A DNA stretch of 64,000 nt from Eukaryota sp. GEM-RC1 (lineage: Eukaryota): assembly GCA_040285855.1 (NCBI GenBank), contig JAUFOQ010000013.1, positions 1,364,001 to 1,428,000 of the forward strand, written 5' to 3'. Of this stretch, positions 1 to 13,680 are shown piece after piece (the first letter of the stretch is position 1; every line of letters starts with the position of its first letter). The notes beneath the pieces were generated by a model. The model did not search any database, was not told the origin of the DNA, and was given only the letters and a program-made list of their open reading frames with translations. A program made the position numbers and the translations under genes.

Positions 1-1424
1 ACACTAAAATACAAAAAAATACAAATTTCTAACATAATTATATTTTGGTATTTGCATTTGTTGAAATATTAGAAATACCGCTCAATATCAACATTTAATG
101 TCACTTTCGGCTAATCCTGAGACATGATCAGATTCTACATTCTGATTTACCACTCACATTGAGTGTTTACATTTTGCAAAGCGTATCTGGAACTTTCATC
201 TCAAATTTGGTGTCGTTGATTACGTATTTTGATCACGTCTCAACTATAACACAATCTTAATTAATTAGTCCGTCTATTTTACGACCAATTCAAAGGTACT
301 GGGCACAACCAAAATGTGTTTTACAGAAGAATACTATGAATGTTGTGTTTGTTAAGTAGATTCATAACTTAATGTTACTGATTTATGGACTGATTAGTTG
401 TTCTGATAACTGAAACATGCAAATTCGTGGCATATGACCACTTGCATAGTCAAAATTGGCTTTCTGGAAAAAATACAAAAAATACAAAATTAACACTTAA
501 AACCGAATTCAAAAAATACAGAAAAATACAAAAAATACAAATAATACAAAAAGTGTATTTCCCAACTATGGTCGGAGATAGTTCCATTGAAAGGCGTTTC
601 ACACCTCTCATTGGATGAGGAGAAACAGGGCCTCTAGCGCAGTTCACTGACGGAAAGGGATTCATGAAACCAAGAATAGTCGGTGTCAGTAATGTGATTG
701 ATTTGTTCTTACTTTCCCCTCCATTGGATTCAGTTTCGTGATTTATAGTTCAATTTGATTTTGGAATGCAGTTTGTTTTCCTTCATACTAATACTACAGT
801 AAAACTTCTTCTAGTTCTTACACCCCTTTTCTTCTTGTTTTCTTCTTGTTATACCTTGTTGTACCTTGACTGTCTTTATAACTTTGTGTACTTTCAAGTA
901 CATTCTTGAAGCATCTGTCATAAATAAGCCACCTGCTGATGACTGAAACTACTATTAATGTCTACCAAACACTTTTTCTTATTCAAGTTGAAGATCTTCT
1001 CAATTCACTTGAACATATCTTCTCAAAATTAACAACCCTGGCCATTCGTCACTCTCGCTGCTTTCCATAAAATACAGACCAAAATTCCGTAATGTTCCTC
1101 CTGACTTCTCCTTCCGTTTCTTCTTCTTAGTTCATGTAGCTTATGTTTGAATCTCTTTCTCCCTCCGTGTTCACATCTCTTCCTCTCCTATAATATATAT
1201 AGTATAAAACACAGTAATTAGGTCTTTTTATTTCGAATCGTCCATAAACACTAAGCTAGAGGCATCTGATGTTCTGGTGGCGGTGAAATTTTTTGAACAC
1301 CAACTAGAAAACTAGAATGCAACCAAAATGAAAACCCCATGACATTTTTCTAGTTATTTTTCTTCTGTTCACATTGAAGTCATTTATCTCCTTTGATTCA
1401 CTTTTTCCACTATTCCATTAAATC

Positions 1425-3349
1425 ATGAATAAAAATGACGAAGTCGTTGCTTTTGAAACTGTTGTTGATGAACATCTTGATCTCGATCGTGTTGCCAGTG
1501 TAACTTCTCTCTTAATCTACATCTTATTCCTTTTTGTTTTCTGTATCGCTTTTTTCCTACAACGTCCTTCTGCCTCTTCCTATTTCTTCACTGATGGACT
1601 CCGTGACATCCTTCTAAAAACTGAAATTGATTTCAACCTCGAACCTCATCCAAAGGTTTTCTACGAACTCTACACTGTTACTGACATTTGGAACTACCTC
1701 AGGTCAGTCTTCGTCAATACTGTTTTCGTCGATACCTTTCCCAACGGCGATCCCTTACCACACAATAAAACTTACAGATATGTTCACAACTATAACAGAC
1801 TAATTGGCCCAGCCAGACTACGTACAATGCGAGTAGTTCCAGATTCTTGTCCCATTCCTAAACAATTCCACTCAATGTTCGACCATTGTTTTGATGATCT
1901 TCTGCCAGAAAATGAGGAGACTCAATGCTTCGGTCCAGAGTGTATGTGGACTTGGAATAGTACTCGTGAGCTCGATGGATATTCCTTTCTGGGGTTTCTA
2001 AATCGATATGGAGGAAGTGGATATAACATTGAGTTGCCGGCAAACCTAACCCAAGCTAAATCCACCCTGGATTTTCTCTTTGAAAACAATTTTATTGATT
2101 TTCAAACTCGTGTTCTTTTCCTTGATTTTACTGTGTATAACTCTGCTCTCAATCTGTTTGCCATCACACGATTGGCATTTGAGCTTGCTGCTAGTGGGAA
2201 AGTTTACACATCGGCTACCTTTCGAGTGCTCAAGTTGTTTGCATATCTACAATTCCTTGATTATGTAAAGCTGTTCTTTGAATGTCTAGTTGTCCTTTTC
2301 TGTATATGTTATACATTTGCTCTTGTTCGTGGAATTAAAAAACACGGAATATTTGAATATTTCGATTGTTTTTGGAAATTCTGGGAACTATTCACCTACA
2401 TTCTAATCTACATTGTTTTCTTCACTCGTCTCTTTTCAGTTCTTCACATTAGAGGCTATCGGGAAGATTCTGGTTATACCGAATCCTTTAGCTTCGCTGC
2501 TCAACGAATAGGATTCGTAATGAATCAAGAACTAAACGTTCTGTCTGTTCTTGCGTTTGTCATGTTTTTTGGATTATTTAAATTTTTGGAATTATCTGTT
2601 AGACTATCTCTATTAACACGTGTTTTGAAGAAAGCTGCTAAAGATTGTCTTGCCTTTTCAGTCATTTTGGCAGTCATTTTGTGCGGTTACGCATTTGGCG
2701 GTCGTTTGGCTTTTGGAATTGATCTATACGAATACAGGAGTCTTGAGCACTCGGTAATGGCGTTGTTTCGACTTGCGATTGGTGATTTCGATTATCAGGA
2801 GTTGTTTAAGGCAAATAGGGTGATTGGACCTCTGTTTGTGTTGTCGTTTTTGTTTTTGGTTTATTTGATTCTTTTGAATATGTTTTTGGCAATCATTAAT
2901 GATACGTTTAGTTTAGTTCGAGAAGAATCACGTTATGAGACTGAAGATGCGCTGTTAACTACAGTGGATTTAATGGCCCAATCATTTTCTAAAAATTTAA
3001 AAATTCACTTCCTTTCTCGGCTGCTCGGCAGAAGCCTGCTGTAGTCCGTGAAGGTGTTGATACCAGGGGGCTTTGTACTTATTTAAAAACTAGGGAAGTG
3101 GCAGCACGTAAAGTCTTTGGAAATCTCACTGCAACTGAAATTTTGGAAAAATTTGATTCGAATGGTGATGGTATTCTAACTTTGTCTGAATTTAATTTAA
3201 TTAACAGAGTTTTAGAAAATGAACATCATCGTGAAGTTCAATTATCGTGCTCTCGTGGGGGTCAGAATCAGGATTTGATTGGTAGAATGGTTACCATGGA
3301 ACAAACAATGTTGGAGATGAAATCATTGTTGGAAAAGAGGCTTTCATAG
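1425..3349 (+). CDS. PKD2: Polycystin-2 / PKD2-like TRP cation channel with C-terminal EF-hand
   Basis: Multi-TM ORF with TOP domain (RLRTMRV, GYNIEL, IDFQTRVLFLDF) and S6 motif LLNMFLAIINDTF. The EF-hand-like DSNGDGILTLSEF ORF joins by a 1-nt shift in the A-runs near 2992-3003. Confidence 0.9.
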
Positions 3350-4007
3350 AATGTTTACCATTTTTTGTCGTGTTCCATATTTACTTGTTGTATTTTTACT
3401 AGAAGTGTTTCGTTTATAGCTAGAACTGGGTTTATGTAGACTACTATGTACTAGTTTTTTATTTCAGTCTTTTGTGCTTTTTTTGTATCTAACGTTTTTG
3501 ATGTTTCTAAATTTTCCTCTCCATTTCCAATTTGTTCAGTGTTGCAGGTATTTTACATACTAGTACTGTATACCGCTACATTGTTCATATATGAACAAGC
3601 TTTCAAATCAACTACAGTCTAGCAATATAAGAATGATTAATGTGAACCGAATATCTGACATGCTAAGCATTTATGTCTCGAAGGTATTTTCTGCTAAACC
3701 AGTGAAGCATACTAGTAGTTCTCTTTAGAAGAAACTGTAGAACTACCAAGAAGTACAACATGACCACAACAACTATCATGAATTGAAGTTTGTTTTGTTG
3801 TGGCTCTGCTGTTTAATAAATAGAGTTCTGATCAAAAGTTCTCGATCGAAACTTTTCATTTGCATTTGAGTAACATAATCAAAGGCTACACGCATCAAAA
3901 CAACACTTAGATAAAGATTCTGAATGTTCAATAGTAAATACACTGTTGTTGCAAAGAATATACTGAATTAACCAAAATCCAACTTTTTTCTCTCAATCCC
4001 ATCTCAG

Positions 4008-4648
4008 ATGCAAACCTGGTCTGAAGAATCCTCCCGACTCTTCAGAGTTCGAAAAACTGTCTTTCAAATGCTTAAGGACCGTAAATATCGTGTCCTACCT
4101 GATGATCTTGAAGAAAACATTGACGACTTTCGAGCTAAATTTGGAGACATTCCCAAGTATGCTCCTTCTCACACCATAACTGTAGTCGAGAATCTCTTAC
4201 TTTACTTCAACGACATGCAGATGACCAGCGACAAGTTTTTGTTTTTTTCCCCAGCGAGTCAAAAGTAGGCCTGAAAACAGTAAGAGAATACGTAACTCGT
4301 ATGAAGTCTGAAGGTGTTGAACATGCTATTCTTGTAGTGAAGGAGTCGCTAACTCCTCCTGCAAGAAATGGTCTAGCACAACTAAATGTTCGTGTGGAGT
4401 GTTTTCAAGAATCACAGTTACTGGTTAACATTACAGAGCACGAGCTTGTGCCTGAACACATCCCTCTATCACAAGAGGAAAAGACAGAACTCCTTAAACG
4501 TTATAAGTTGAAAGATACACAATTACCTCGAATTGTAGTCGAGGATCCCGTTGCTCGTCATTTTGGTCTCGTGAGGGGAGATGTGGTCAAAATCATTAGA
4601 GATTCAGAGACAGCTGGCCGTTATGTAACCTATCGTCTGGCAGTATAG
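4008..4648 (+). CDS. RPB5: RNA polymerase I/II/III common subunit RPB5
   Basis: LLVNITEHELVPEH...DPVARHFG...SETAGRYVTYR. A 29-nt GT-AG intron at 4157-4185 joins the two ORFs in frame. Confidence 0.97.
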
Positions 4649-4795
4649 TTTGTTTTTATAGTATTTTTGTGGCATTTGATGATTAAGTTATATTTTGAAC
4701 AATGTTTATGTATCAGTAATTGCAGCAATAAATAGAGGTGGTTTATAGAAGAATACAAATGATTAAGTTAGGCTAAGTAGTATTGAAAAACACTC

Positions 4796-5095
4796 TTATA
4801 GATTCGATTCGGCTTCTACGATTTTAAGTCTAAATGAAAGATCTCCAATGAGTAGCTCCTGTTGTTGCACATAATGCCGTAGAGCTTCAACTTCATAAGT
4901 GAGATCGTGTATCGTTTCCTTCTGTTTATGCACTAGAGAGTGGAGTTGCTGATTTTCGAAGGACAAGACTTGTACATTCTCTGATAGGGTCGGTTCTTGC
5001 GAGCTTTGCGAAGATATTTCTGATTCAGATACAGCCTTGACTGGAACATAAGCACGAGGGATGTTAGAGTTACGATTCTCAAGATCAATAGACAT
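4796..5095 (-). CDS. Small coiled-coil hypothetical protein
   Basis: 99-aa ATG ORF with heptad-like pattern, divergent from CPSF4. Confidence 0.55.
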   Translation of the reverse strand: MSIDLENRNSNIPRAYVPVKAVSESEISSQSSQEPTLSENVQVLSFENQQLHSLVHKQKETIHDLTYEVEALRHYVQQQELLIGDLSFRLKIVEAESNL

Positions 5096-5250
5096 TTGGG
5101 GAATACGAAAATGTGTTCATCAAGTCAAAAGGGGCTGGAAAAACAAATTGAGATTGTCGTGTGAGAAATTTTTCTCGTGTTTCAGATCTTCTGTCTTACT
5201 TAGGAAACCCTCTCCACTTCACACTCTTAATTCTTTCTTATACACATAAT

Positions 5251-5990
5251 ATGGGCAATGAGCTTGAATTTTACGCTGAGAAAGTTTTCCTCGAGGAAGA
5301 ACTGAACGAAGGAAAAGATCCTGATACCAACTCTTGTCGACTCTTCTTGCGAGGTCACTGTATCAGAGGTAGAAACTGTCCATTCTCTCATTGGCGACCT
5401 CCTGAAAAAGCTACTGTCTGTAAGCATTGGATCAGGGGACTGTGCAAAAGGGCGATCTCTGTGAATACCTGCATCAACTCGATATGGATAAAATGCCAGA
5501 GTGCTATTTCTACACTACTTTTGGTGAATGTCAAAACCAAGAGTGCTATTTCAGACATATCAATCCTGAAGAAAAAATGAGTGACTGTCCGTGGTACGCT
5601 CGTGGCTTCTGCAAAAACGGTCCACGATGCCGTCATAAACATGTCCGTCATCAACCTTGCACTATGTATCTAGCAGGTTTCTGTCCGAAGGGATCTAGGT
5701 GCGAGTACGGTCATCCGAAGTTTGAAACTGTTTCTGAAATACCAGATCAACCACAACCAGACTTTGGAGCAGGAAGCATCAAACAGAAAGTTTCTTGTCA
5801 TATTTGTAGGGGTCAGCATAAAGCTCACCAATGTCCACAACGAGGAGAGTTGGAACGAAGTGGATCTATTATTTGCTTTAAGTGTGGTTCTAAAGATCAT
5901 AAGGCCAATGCATGTCCAAATCGAAGGAACTGGCATCAACAAGGTGGTGGAGGTGGAGGAGGAGATCGCTTTCAACGCCCTCGGTATTAA
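5251..5990 (+). CDS. CPSF4: Cleavage and polyadenylation specificity factor 30 kDa (CCCH fingers plus CCHC knuckles)
   Basis: VCKHWIRGLCK(K)GDLCEYLH, MPECYFY, CPWYARGFCKNGPRC, and two C-terminal zinc knuckles. One frameshift in an A-run near 5446. Confidence 0.95.
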
Positions 5991-6298
5991 TTATTTATTT
6001 AGGAAATATTACTTTGTTTGTGTTCTTGAATTTGGGTTTTTGTTATGATTTTGGTGGATTGTGTTTTGTTTGATCTGCATTGCATTGTATAGTTGTTTTG
6101 CGATTGCATTTCTATCTAGAGTTGTTGTTTTTGGATAAGGAATGTTTCTAAGTTGGCGGTATTGTGAAATTTATTGCAATAGTTATTGCACCAGAATACA
6201 GTAGTGATAAAACAAATTTTACTGTCGTTCTTGACAAGTGTGGAATTAGAAGCCGGATTTAAAATTTATCTACTCTCACATATGCCTAACTGCAACTA

Positions 6299-8877
6299 AT
6301 GTCAAACATAATCACTGGCAAATGTTTGGACATGTGTCCAGTGTCCGAAAGACGTAATCGTGAAGAGAATCATCAGCTTGATCCTCTTGAAATAACACCT
6401 GGGCAGGATCATCAAACAACTCCTCAACTTGCTGTCAAAGCCTTTCCTCGATCTGCAGCAGGAACACTACAGCAAGATCCTCAGCTTCTCCGACCTCTTC
6501 CCATACTCAAAAGAACCCTTTCCCATCTTGTATCTCTTCTATCTTCCTCTCAACAACCAGTTGTTGATACCTGTGCATTCATCTTCAACCGAGTTCGTTG
6601 TATTTTCCAAGACTTCACTGTTCAGGAACTCTTCATCCCTGATGCAATCCCCCTCTTAGAACAAATCACCTACACATACCTTCTCCTCGACTACCTCCTC
6701 ATGGATGAAGACCAACCCTCTTCTGCCACAGCTCTCCTCTACAACCAGCTTAACAACGTCCTTCACGCCCTGCTCAACATCTACGACTCTCTCGATGGTT
6801 CTTCTCCCAACGAGATGTACTTCCGCTCTATATCTCTCTTGTCCGGGGTAGGCAATACTGTCAGTCAGAAGATTCCCTCAGTTGCTCCTGATACCTTAGG
6901 TGAATGGGCGTCTTGGACTATTAGAACTGGGGACAGAATCAAATCTAATAGAGATCAATCAATTTTCGATTGGACCGTTAATGTAATGCGGTCTTTCCAT
7001 TCTCGAAATTATTTCCAATTTTTCAGTATTTTCAAGCAATCAAACTTTTTCCAAGCTGTTTTACTTCTTCGAACTGCACGAGTATTCAGACGTTGTACAC
7101 TCGACTGGTTTCACCAACGTTTGATTGGAACTCACAAGATATCAGTCGTTTCTGATTGGTTAGCAATCACTGAGCAATCGTTGATTGACCTTCTAGATAT
7201 TGTGAATATATCCGTAAACCAGGGTTGTTTTATACTACCTAGGCAACCACTACCTCCAAAACCCTGGCAATCACTCCACTTTCCTGAAATTTCTTCAGTT
7301 GTGAGTTCTATTCCAGGTGAAAGGCTCAGATTGATTGATTCAATGCTGGTACTTCCGTTCTTGAAAATGATTCAAGAGGATTGTGTCCTAACAGTCGGTG
7401 ACGTCCTTGATCCAAAATATCACTCTCAGCAAGTCGAAGCTTCCATTTCTGCTGTTATGCCAGTTCCTTCACCACAAGAATCTCTTAGAGTCCGACCAAC
7501 GAGGCCTAAACCTACAAGAGAAGAACGTTTTTTCCGTTCAGGGGGAGGAACAAGCCGAGTCACGGGTTCAAACCCCCGCTACGGCAAAAAGTCTATCCGT
7601 TGATTTGGTTCCTCCCCAGAAAGTTGTTAAAAAGCCTGTATCTCCCATTGGAGTTCCACTTCGCACCTTCTCTCCTGTTCAATTGACAACACTACCAGCT
7701 CCAAGTCTAGAAACCCATTTGGGAGAGAGAGGGACTGAGAGGGAAGCTCAGGAGGAAGAGGTGGTGGAAGAAGAATATGAAGAAACAGAAGAAGAGGAAC
7801 CAACAGTGGAGGAGAAATTGCAAGATTTAATTAAGTTATGGAAATTTCATGAATTGTTTTCTTTATTTCAATTTTGGCGACATACCGATGAGTTTATGAA
7901 ACAACGGTCACTCTTGAAAAAGCAGAATATATTACATAATGTTGATTTATTGAAGAAATCTTCATACCATCCTTCTTTATCGTTTAGTCGTTTTCTTGTG
8001 CCCAGAAGAGCCCAGATTGGTGACGTGATAACTGACTTGATTAGGAAGGTGCTTCCAATCAAGAAGTTTGATTTGTTCAATTTAATTGATCGGCTATTTG
8101 ATGTTCCGAGCAGGTGTAATGATAAAGGTGACTCTCTGCATTGTCGGAATATTTCCAAAATATTTGAAATTTGCTATTTCTGTGAAGATGTTCCAAGTCT
8201 GCATTTTTTGAAACATTTGTACAGAAATTTCCATTTTTGCCATTAAATCAATTCTCTGGATATATTATCGATGGAAACGGAAACGTCACTGTTTGTATTC
8301 TGATTATATTAGCCAATGAGTTCCAATCGATTTCTGTTAAAAAGAATGTTTTAAGGAACGTCACCAACATTGTGGCCGTAACGGTTGATGTCTTTACTGC
8401 AGCTACAAAATTGATTGAACCAAAACGATTAATCAATATTTCAAAAATTCAAACTTTTAATTTATATAATTTTTTGTCTCCTTCGATTAATGAATCTGCT
8501 AGAAAGTTTCAAAATTTACCTACGTTTTGCACACATTATTTGATGGATTTTTTAGAAATTGAGCTTGATTCAGATAATCTACTAATGTATCTTGAAGAAT
8601 TATTTGCAAGTTGTTCAATTGACCATTCTAATTTCCCTTTTGCCCTCTTTTGATAGATCAATCAGAATTGACTAAGGTTCATTTATTAAAATCATCGATA
8701 GTTGATTACTTAGCCAAGATCAAGAGCAGTACTTTTTCTTTTAGATATATTGGATTAAGTGAAGGATTTAATCCTTTAATTACACTAAGTCATTCTTCTT
8801 TATTCTGCTGTTGCAATGGTATCAAAGGACTTTCTGAAAGCAATCGCTCTCGAAAAAGAAGATTTCGGGTTTTTTGA
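6299..8877 (+). CDS. SAC3/GANP family mRNA export factor (frameshifted; 3' end uncertain)
   Basis: N-terminal GKCLDMCP.SER and AVKAFPRSAAG...LRPLPIL..TL, FIFNRVR.I.QDF motifs. Downstream ORFs overlap consecutively on the same strand. Confidence 0.8.
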
Positions 8878-9080
8878 ATCGCCAACACTTTTCTATTTTT
8901 TCTCTTTTTTGTATTATTTTTTGCACATTACTGTTTTCATTGTCTTTACAACTAGATTATTTGAAACCTCATGCCAGACGCAAACTGTTTGTTTATTCAC
9001 AATTTTGCTGAAAACATCTTTTTCATTTCAAAAATAAATGAAGAATTATTCTATTTTCAAATACAAATATAAAAACTAAC

Positions 9081-9953
9081 TTACAACTGTCTCCACTTCG
9101 CTAAATGAGGGATCCAGTTCTCAGGAACAGGCATCATCCAGATACAAATGCCCATGGGTTCATCAAACTGCATTATGTAGTCAAATCTGGCCTTGATTTC
9201 TTCATCAGAGTACGGCTTTCCAGTGTTTGGGTTGATCTGATATTAGTTGAAAGCTATATAGAAGAACATACGTGCATTAAACCCACACATAAACGATCAC
9301 CAAAGATATCAAGAGACTTGTGGAAGGCTTTCTTGAAGGATTCAAAGTTGCCTGCGTAGGTGCTCATTTCGGCAAAGAAGTCAACAGAAGTCTTGGCCAA
9401 CTCCTCATAGTTGAAGAACTGAGTCCATTGAGCAAGGTCAAGGGAAAGGATCTTGTTGTGACGGTGTAGGGCTTTAGCAAAGCGATCAACAAATTGAACA
9501 AGTCCTGGAGCAAGAGGAAAGGCTTCACGACCAGATGGCTCAAAGTCAATATTGAAACCAGTCTAAAATGAGAGAAGAAGAAGTAAGACACACATAATTG
9601 AACTTCAAAGCAAGTTGAACAGCTTCATTAATAAACTGATCCATGGATTCGGTTGACTCAAAAAGTTGAGTAAGTTTGGCAATGTTAACTGTGGTGATCA
9701 TGGGTTGGCGCCCGAGCTTAAGATCAGCAATGATGTCATTAACAGGGTAAAAGTCATTACGGATGATGTGGGCATTCCAATCAAGATCATATTCTTCAAA
9801 AGAAACATCGGATAAGATGTAACGAAGTCTGCGGATTTGTTCAAGATCACCTTTGATATCCTCATGAGTGCGTTCTAACCCCATCCAAGGCATAATGAGT
9901 TTAGCATTAGAGAGAACAAGTAAAGAAACAAATAAAACTAGAAGACAGTTCAT
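9081..9953 (-). CDS. Secreted glycoside hydrolase family 18-like protein
   Basis: Signal peptide. Removing introns 9563-9593 (31 nt) and 9237-9271 (35 nt) gives one ORF with GH18-type TGFNIDFEP motif, ending ICIWMMPVPENWIPHLAKWRQL. Confidence 0.75.
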
Positions 9954-10959
9954 GTTTGAAAGATGCACAAGACGAATTGCGTGGAGGAGATAAAAAGGAT
10001 CAACCCGGGTGTAGACTGGGTAGATAAATGAACTTCAACGAAATTTATGACCAGACAAGTTGTTATTGATTTAATACACTTGGGTACTGAAGAGAGAACA
10101 AATCAAAAGAGTTTTTTTCTGAGACTAACACATCAACCCAAAATCCATTAAAGTATGAGAAACCGTTTCAACAATACTACCAAAAAAAGAAGTACCAACA
10201 ATAATTGCTAAGAAACGATCGGACAGTGTAAACAATAGTAAAAGTTCTAAAAAACTGTTTGTAGATGAAGGGGACAAAAATTCACATCAATGTCCAGATT
10301 CTTATGTTGAAAAGGGAAATTCAGACGCAACGATTTATACATATATTTTACACTGCATCCTTGATTTTCCTATGCGACCGCATACTAGCATTCTTAATAA
10401 TTTACTTCTGAATTAGTATCAAGATCAATACTATACTGGTAGTTGCTATTAATCAATCAATCTAATGAAACAAAACCAGTAATTGTTGAAATAAACTGAG
10501 TTTACTCATGTTTAATGATATGTACTAGTATTTGTTGTATCGACTATCATCGTCATGAATTGGAATTACAATCCACTGTTTGATGTTCATTTTTAGTGTA
10601 TTTAAACAACTATACTTTTAGTGTTTTAAGAATCGGTCGCAGCGAATTTGATGAGTTCTAAGATTTAATCATCCTCTAACCTGTCCTACTGCTTTTTCAA
10701 CTGGTCAATCATTGGACTTGATACTTGCATAATACATTCTTTATTGAGAACACAGTTCGAGTGGTATGATAAAATCTTGATTTTTCATTCCCATTCAATC
10801 ACATACCATCCTTGAATATTGGTGTGTTTCTATTTTTGAAGAGTGTATAGTGTTCTTCAAATGTTTGAGCAAGAAACCACTTTCATCTACTAGGAAGGCT
10901 TTGAGGAGGCTCATGAGGACAGACTTCGATTAGGATTGAGTCGATAACTATTTGGAACA

Positions 10960-11160
10960 TGAACTTAACGATTTTGTGAAATTCGTAAAAAATAGAATGA
11001 ACAAACGTTTTGACAATAGAATCGTATCGTTTTTACTTTTTTTTAAAATAATTCACCTAATCATCTCCAAAACTTTACTTGCTGTGAGTTCCTTTTATGA
11101 GCACAAAGCAGTTGTAAGATTCGATAGCGACGGGTGTTGTTTTAATGATATCAAATTTAA
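10960..11160 (+). mobile_element. 3' fragment of non-LTR retrotransposon (CRE-like, family B)
   Basis: Similar to the reverse complements of 22808-23010 and 61085-61290. Peptide NDF.K.VKNRMNKRFD...AVVRFDSDGCCFNDIK is conserved with synonymous changes and resembles the C-terminus of the 58077-59006 element. Confidence 0.65.
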
Positions 11161-11236
11161 GTTTTTTTTAGTATTATTCCATTTATAAACATCGAAAAAC
11201 AAAAAAATTCTACAAAGAACTCAAAAGATAAACAAT

Positions 11237-13680
11237 CTACAGCAAATGTATTTTTACAAAACCATCTCCATCATTACTTCCACTAGTATTTACTGGATTT
11301 AATCCTGAATTAAAAGATCCAGCTCCATACGAGGGATATGTATTGTTGTACTGACAACTAGGGACTACACTACCCCCGGTATACCCTCCGGCCCCTCCTC
11401 CTTCTTCACCAGTTCCACCACCACCACCAAATCCACCATGAGCTGTTTTAGAATAAGTAGTACATGTATCACTTTGACCACCCATTCCTCCATTAAGAAA
11501 GGACTTACCTCCAGTACTATTACGATCACCATTCTGACCATCAAGAGTGAAGCCACCACCGCCACCGCCTCTACGTCCTATACCAACACCTTCAGTGAAA
11601 TCTACTCTACCATCAGGTCCGTTTGTTGTCCAATTATTGTCATTCTGCCCATTACCACCTCCTGCAACTATTAAAGGAGAAGAATCCAAAACAACAAAGG
11701 AACCACCCCCACCTCCTCCAGCATAACTACTGGCGCCTAGAGCATCACACCCAACCTGACCAACCAATATTTTAATAATTTGACCAGATTTCAATTCAAA
11801 CTCACCAATCATCAGTGCTCCTTTTCCAGGTTTAGTTGAAGTCGTGTTGTTAACTTTACCACCTCTAGCTCCAGCACATTCAATTCTATACATTCCAGTT
11901 GAAGGTACAGTCCAATGTTGAATTCCATCAACAACATTAAAATTTTCAATATTTTTAAAATATTCATGGTTATAAGAACCAATACAGTCCTCAAGAGAAG
12001 GTCCAGTTCTACCTGTTTTTCCTGCATTAGTAAAGGTAAAGGGGAGTCGAGTAAATAACTGAAACGATAATTGAGAATTACTTTGGTTCAAAGTGACGAC
12101 GTTTTTTCTAAATTTTGAACAAGACCTTCAAACTTAACCTGTTGAAATTTCAAAACATATAAAGCATTTTCTGCAAAATACTTTTGGAAGAATTGACACA
12201 GTTTTGAATCATTTTTTAATTCCGCAAATATTTCAAAAATAGCAACAGGATCTGTCACCTTCAAATCAAAACCATTCACACATTCATGAAATACGTTAAC
12301 ATCCCAATCAAAATTTCTCCAAGAATCAACAAGACTTTTGGCCAAAAACGTTGAATAATCAGCTGTAACTGATGGAGAAAGAAGTTTGAAAGCTAACGGT
12401 GATGGAGAAAATCCTTGATAACTATGTAGAAACTCAAAAGGAACAACTTTCATAAAATTGACAACAAAATATTCAAGATCAGATTTAGCTCTATCAGCAG
12501 CTTGAAAAGTCCATAAAAACCAATGAGGAGGAATTTTATCCAATTGTTTAACATTTGCAAAATTGTTAACAGACCATTGTAATAAAACAGATTCAAAAGA
12601 TTTTTCATCAAATAAAGGTTGAATTAAAGTGTACAGATTGTTGTAATCAAATTGATGAATATCAATCAGAATCAAAATAGAATTTAATTGTTCACTTGTT
12701 AATTCTTGATTTTTAAAACTTTCTAAAAGACATTGAATAAGCCACCAATTATCAACAATAGGAAACAACCTTTGAAGTATTTCAACAGACAATGGTATTG
12801 AATCGAGTTTGAGGGGTTGGGAAAGAGTTTTAAAAATATTTAAAATTTCTTCAACAAAATGAATTTGATAACGAACATTTGCTAAATTCAAAAGTGACAA
12901 AATTTCCAGATCAGTAAAAGTATTTGATAATAAGAACGTCTTACAAGCTTCCAAAAGCTCTGGAACTTGAAAATAAAAGGACAATTGATAAAAACTTAAA
13001 ACATTAGAAATATCGAGCTGAATTGAATCTGAATAGAACAAATTGAGAAATTGATCAAATATTTCTTCTTCTACTCCTTCAAATTCTGATTCATAAGAGA
13101 TTTTTCGATCATTTGAATCAATAAAACTAGTAGAGAATTGGTTCAGAAAAGTTGCCGACGTGGCAACTAAAATTAAGGAATTTGTTTGAATGTGTACTTC
13201 CTTGTAGGTAATTGACACGTCACTAGGAGCAAACTTTCTAAAATTAGAAACAATCACGTCATGATTTAATTGGAAAGTAAACGTTTCCTTCAGGTTCAAT
13301 TCAGAAGCAATAAGAACAGCAAGATAATCAGAAAGGTTAGTGTATTTCAAGAAAGTAGCTAGACCGCCAATATCATAGAGATCTTGAAAAGTGAACTTCA
13401 GAGGGAGACCATAGATAGAGTCCAAGATTTTGAATAAGAGAGAGGAATCGGGAAGTAGAGGGAAAATGGGATCGAGATCATTTACCTTGGAAGAAGAAAA
13501 CAGTTTGGTTTTAAGAAGTTCACTGAAGAGAGAAACAACGGCAGAATGACAAGGAAACTCGTCATCGTGAAGGGAAATGGATGAGTCAATGAGAACACCT
13601 TCTTTACGAAGATTACAAAGCTTTGCAGTGATTGTAGAAGGAGAAAAGGCGAAGGATTGGGTAGGAGATTCAGTTCCCAT
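11237..13680 (-). CDS. Tandem BTB/POZ protein with C-terminal ALK/LTK-type glycine-rich domain
   Basis: Two BTB-like segments (FPCHSAVVSLFS; NSLILVATSATF...YFQVPELLEAC). C-terminal FTFTNAG.TGRTGP, GIQHWTVPSTGMYRIECAGARGG, GGGGGSFV. The ORFs join by a 1-nt shift in the T-run near 12103. Confidence 0.8.
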
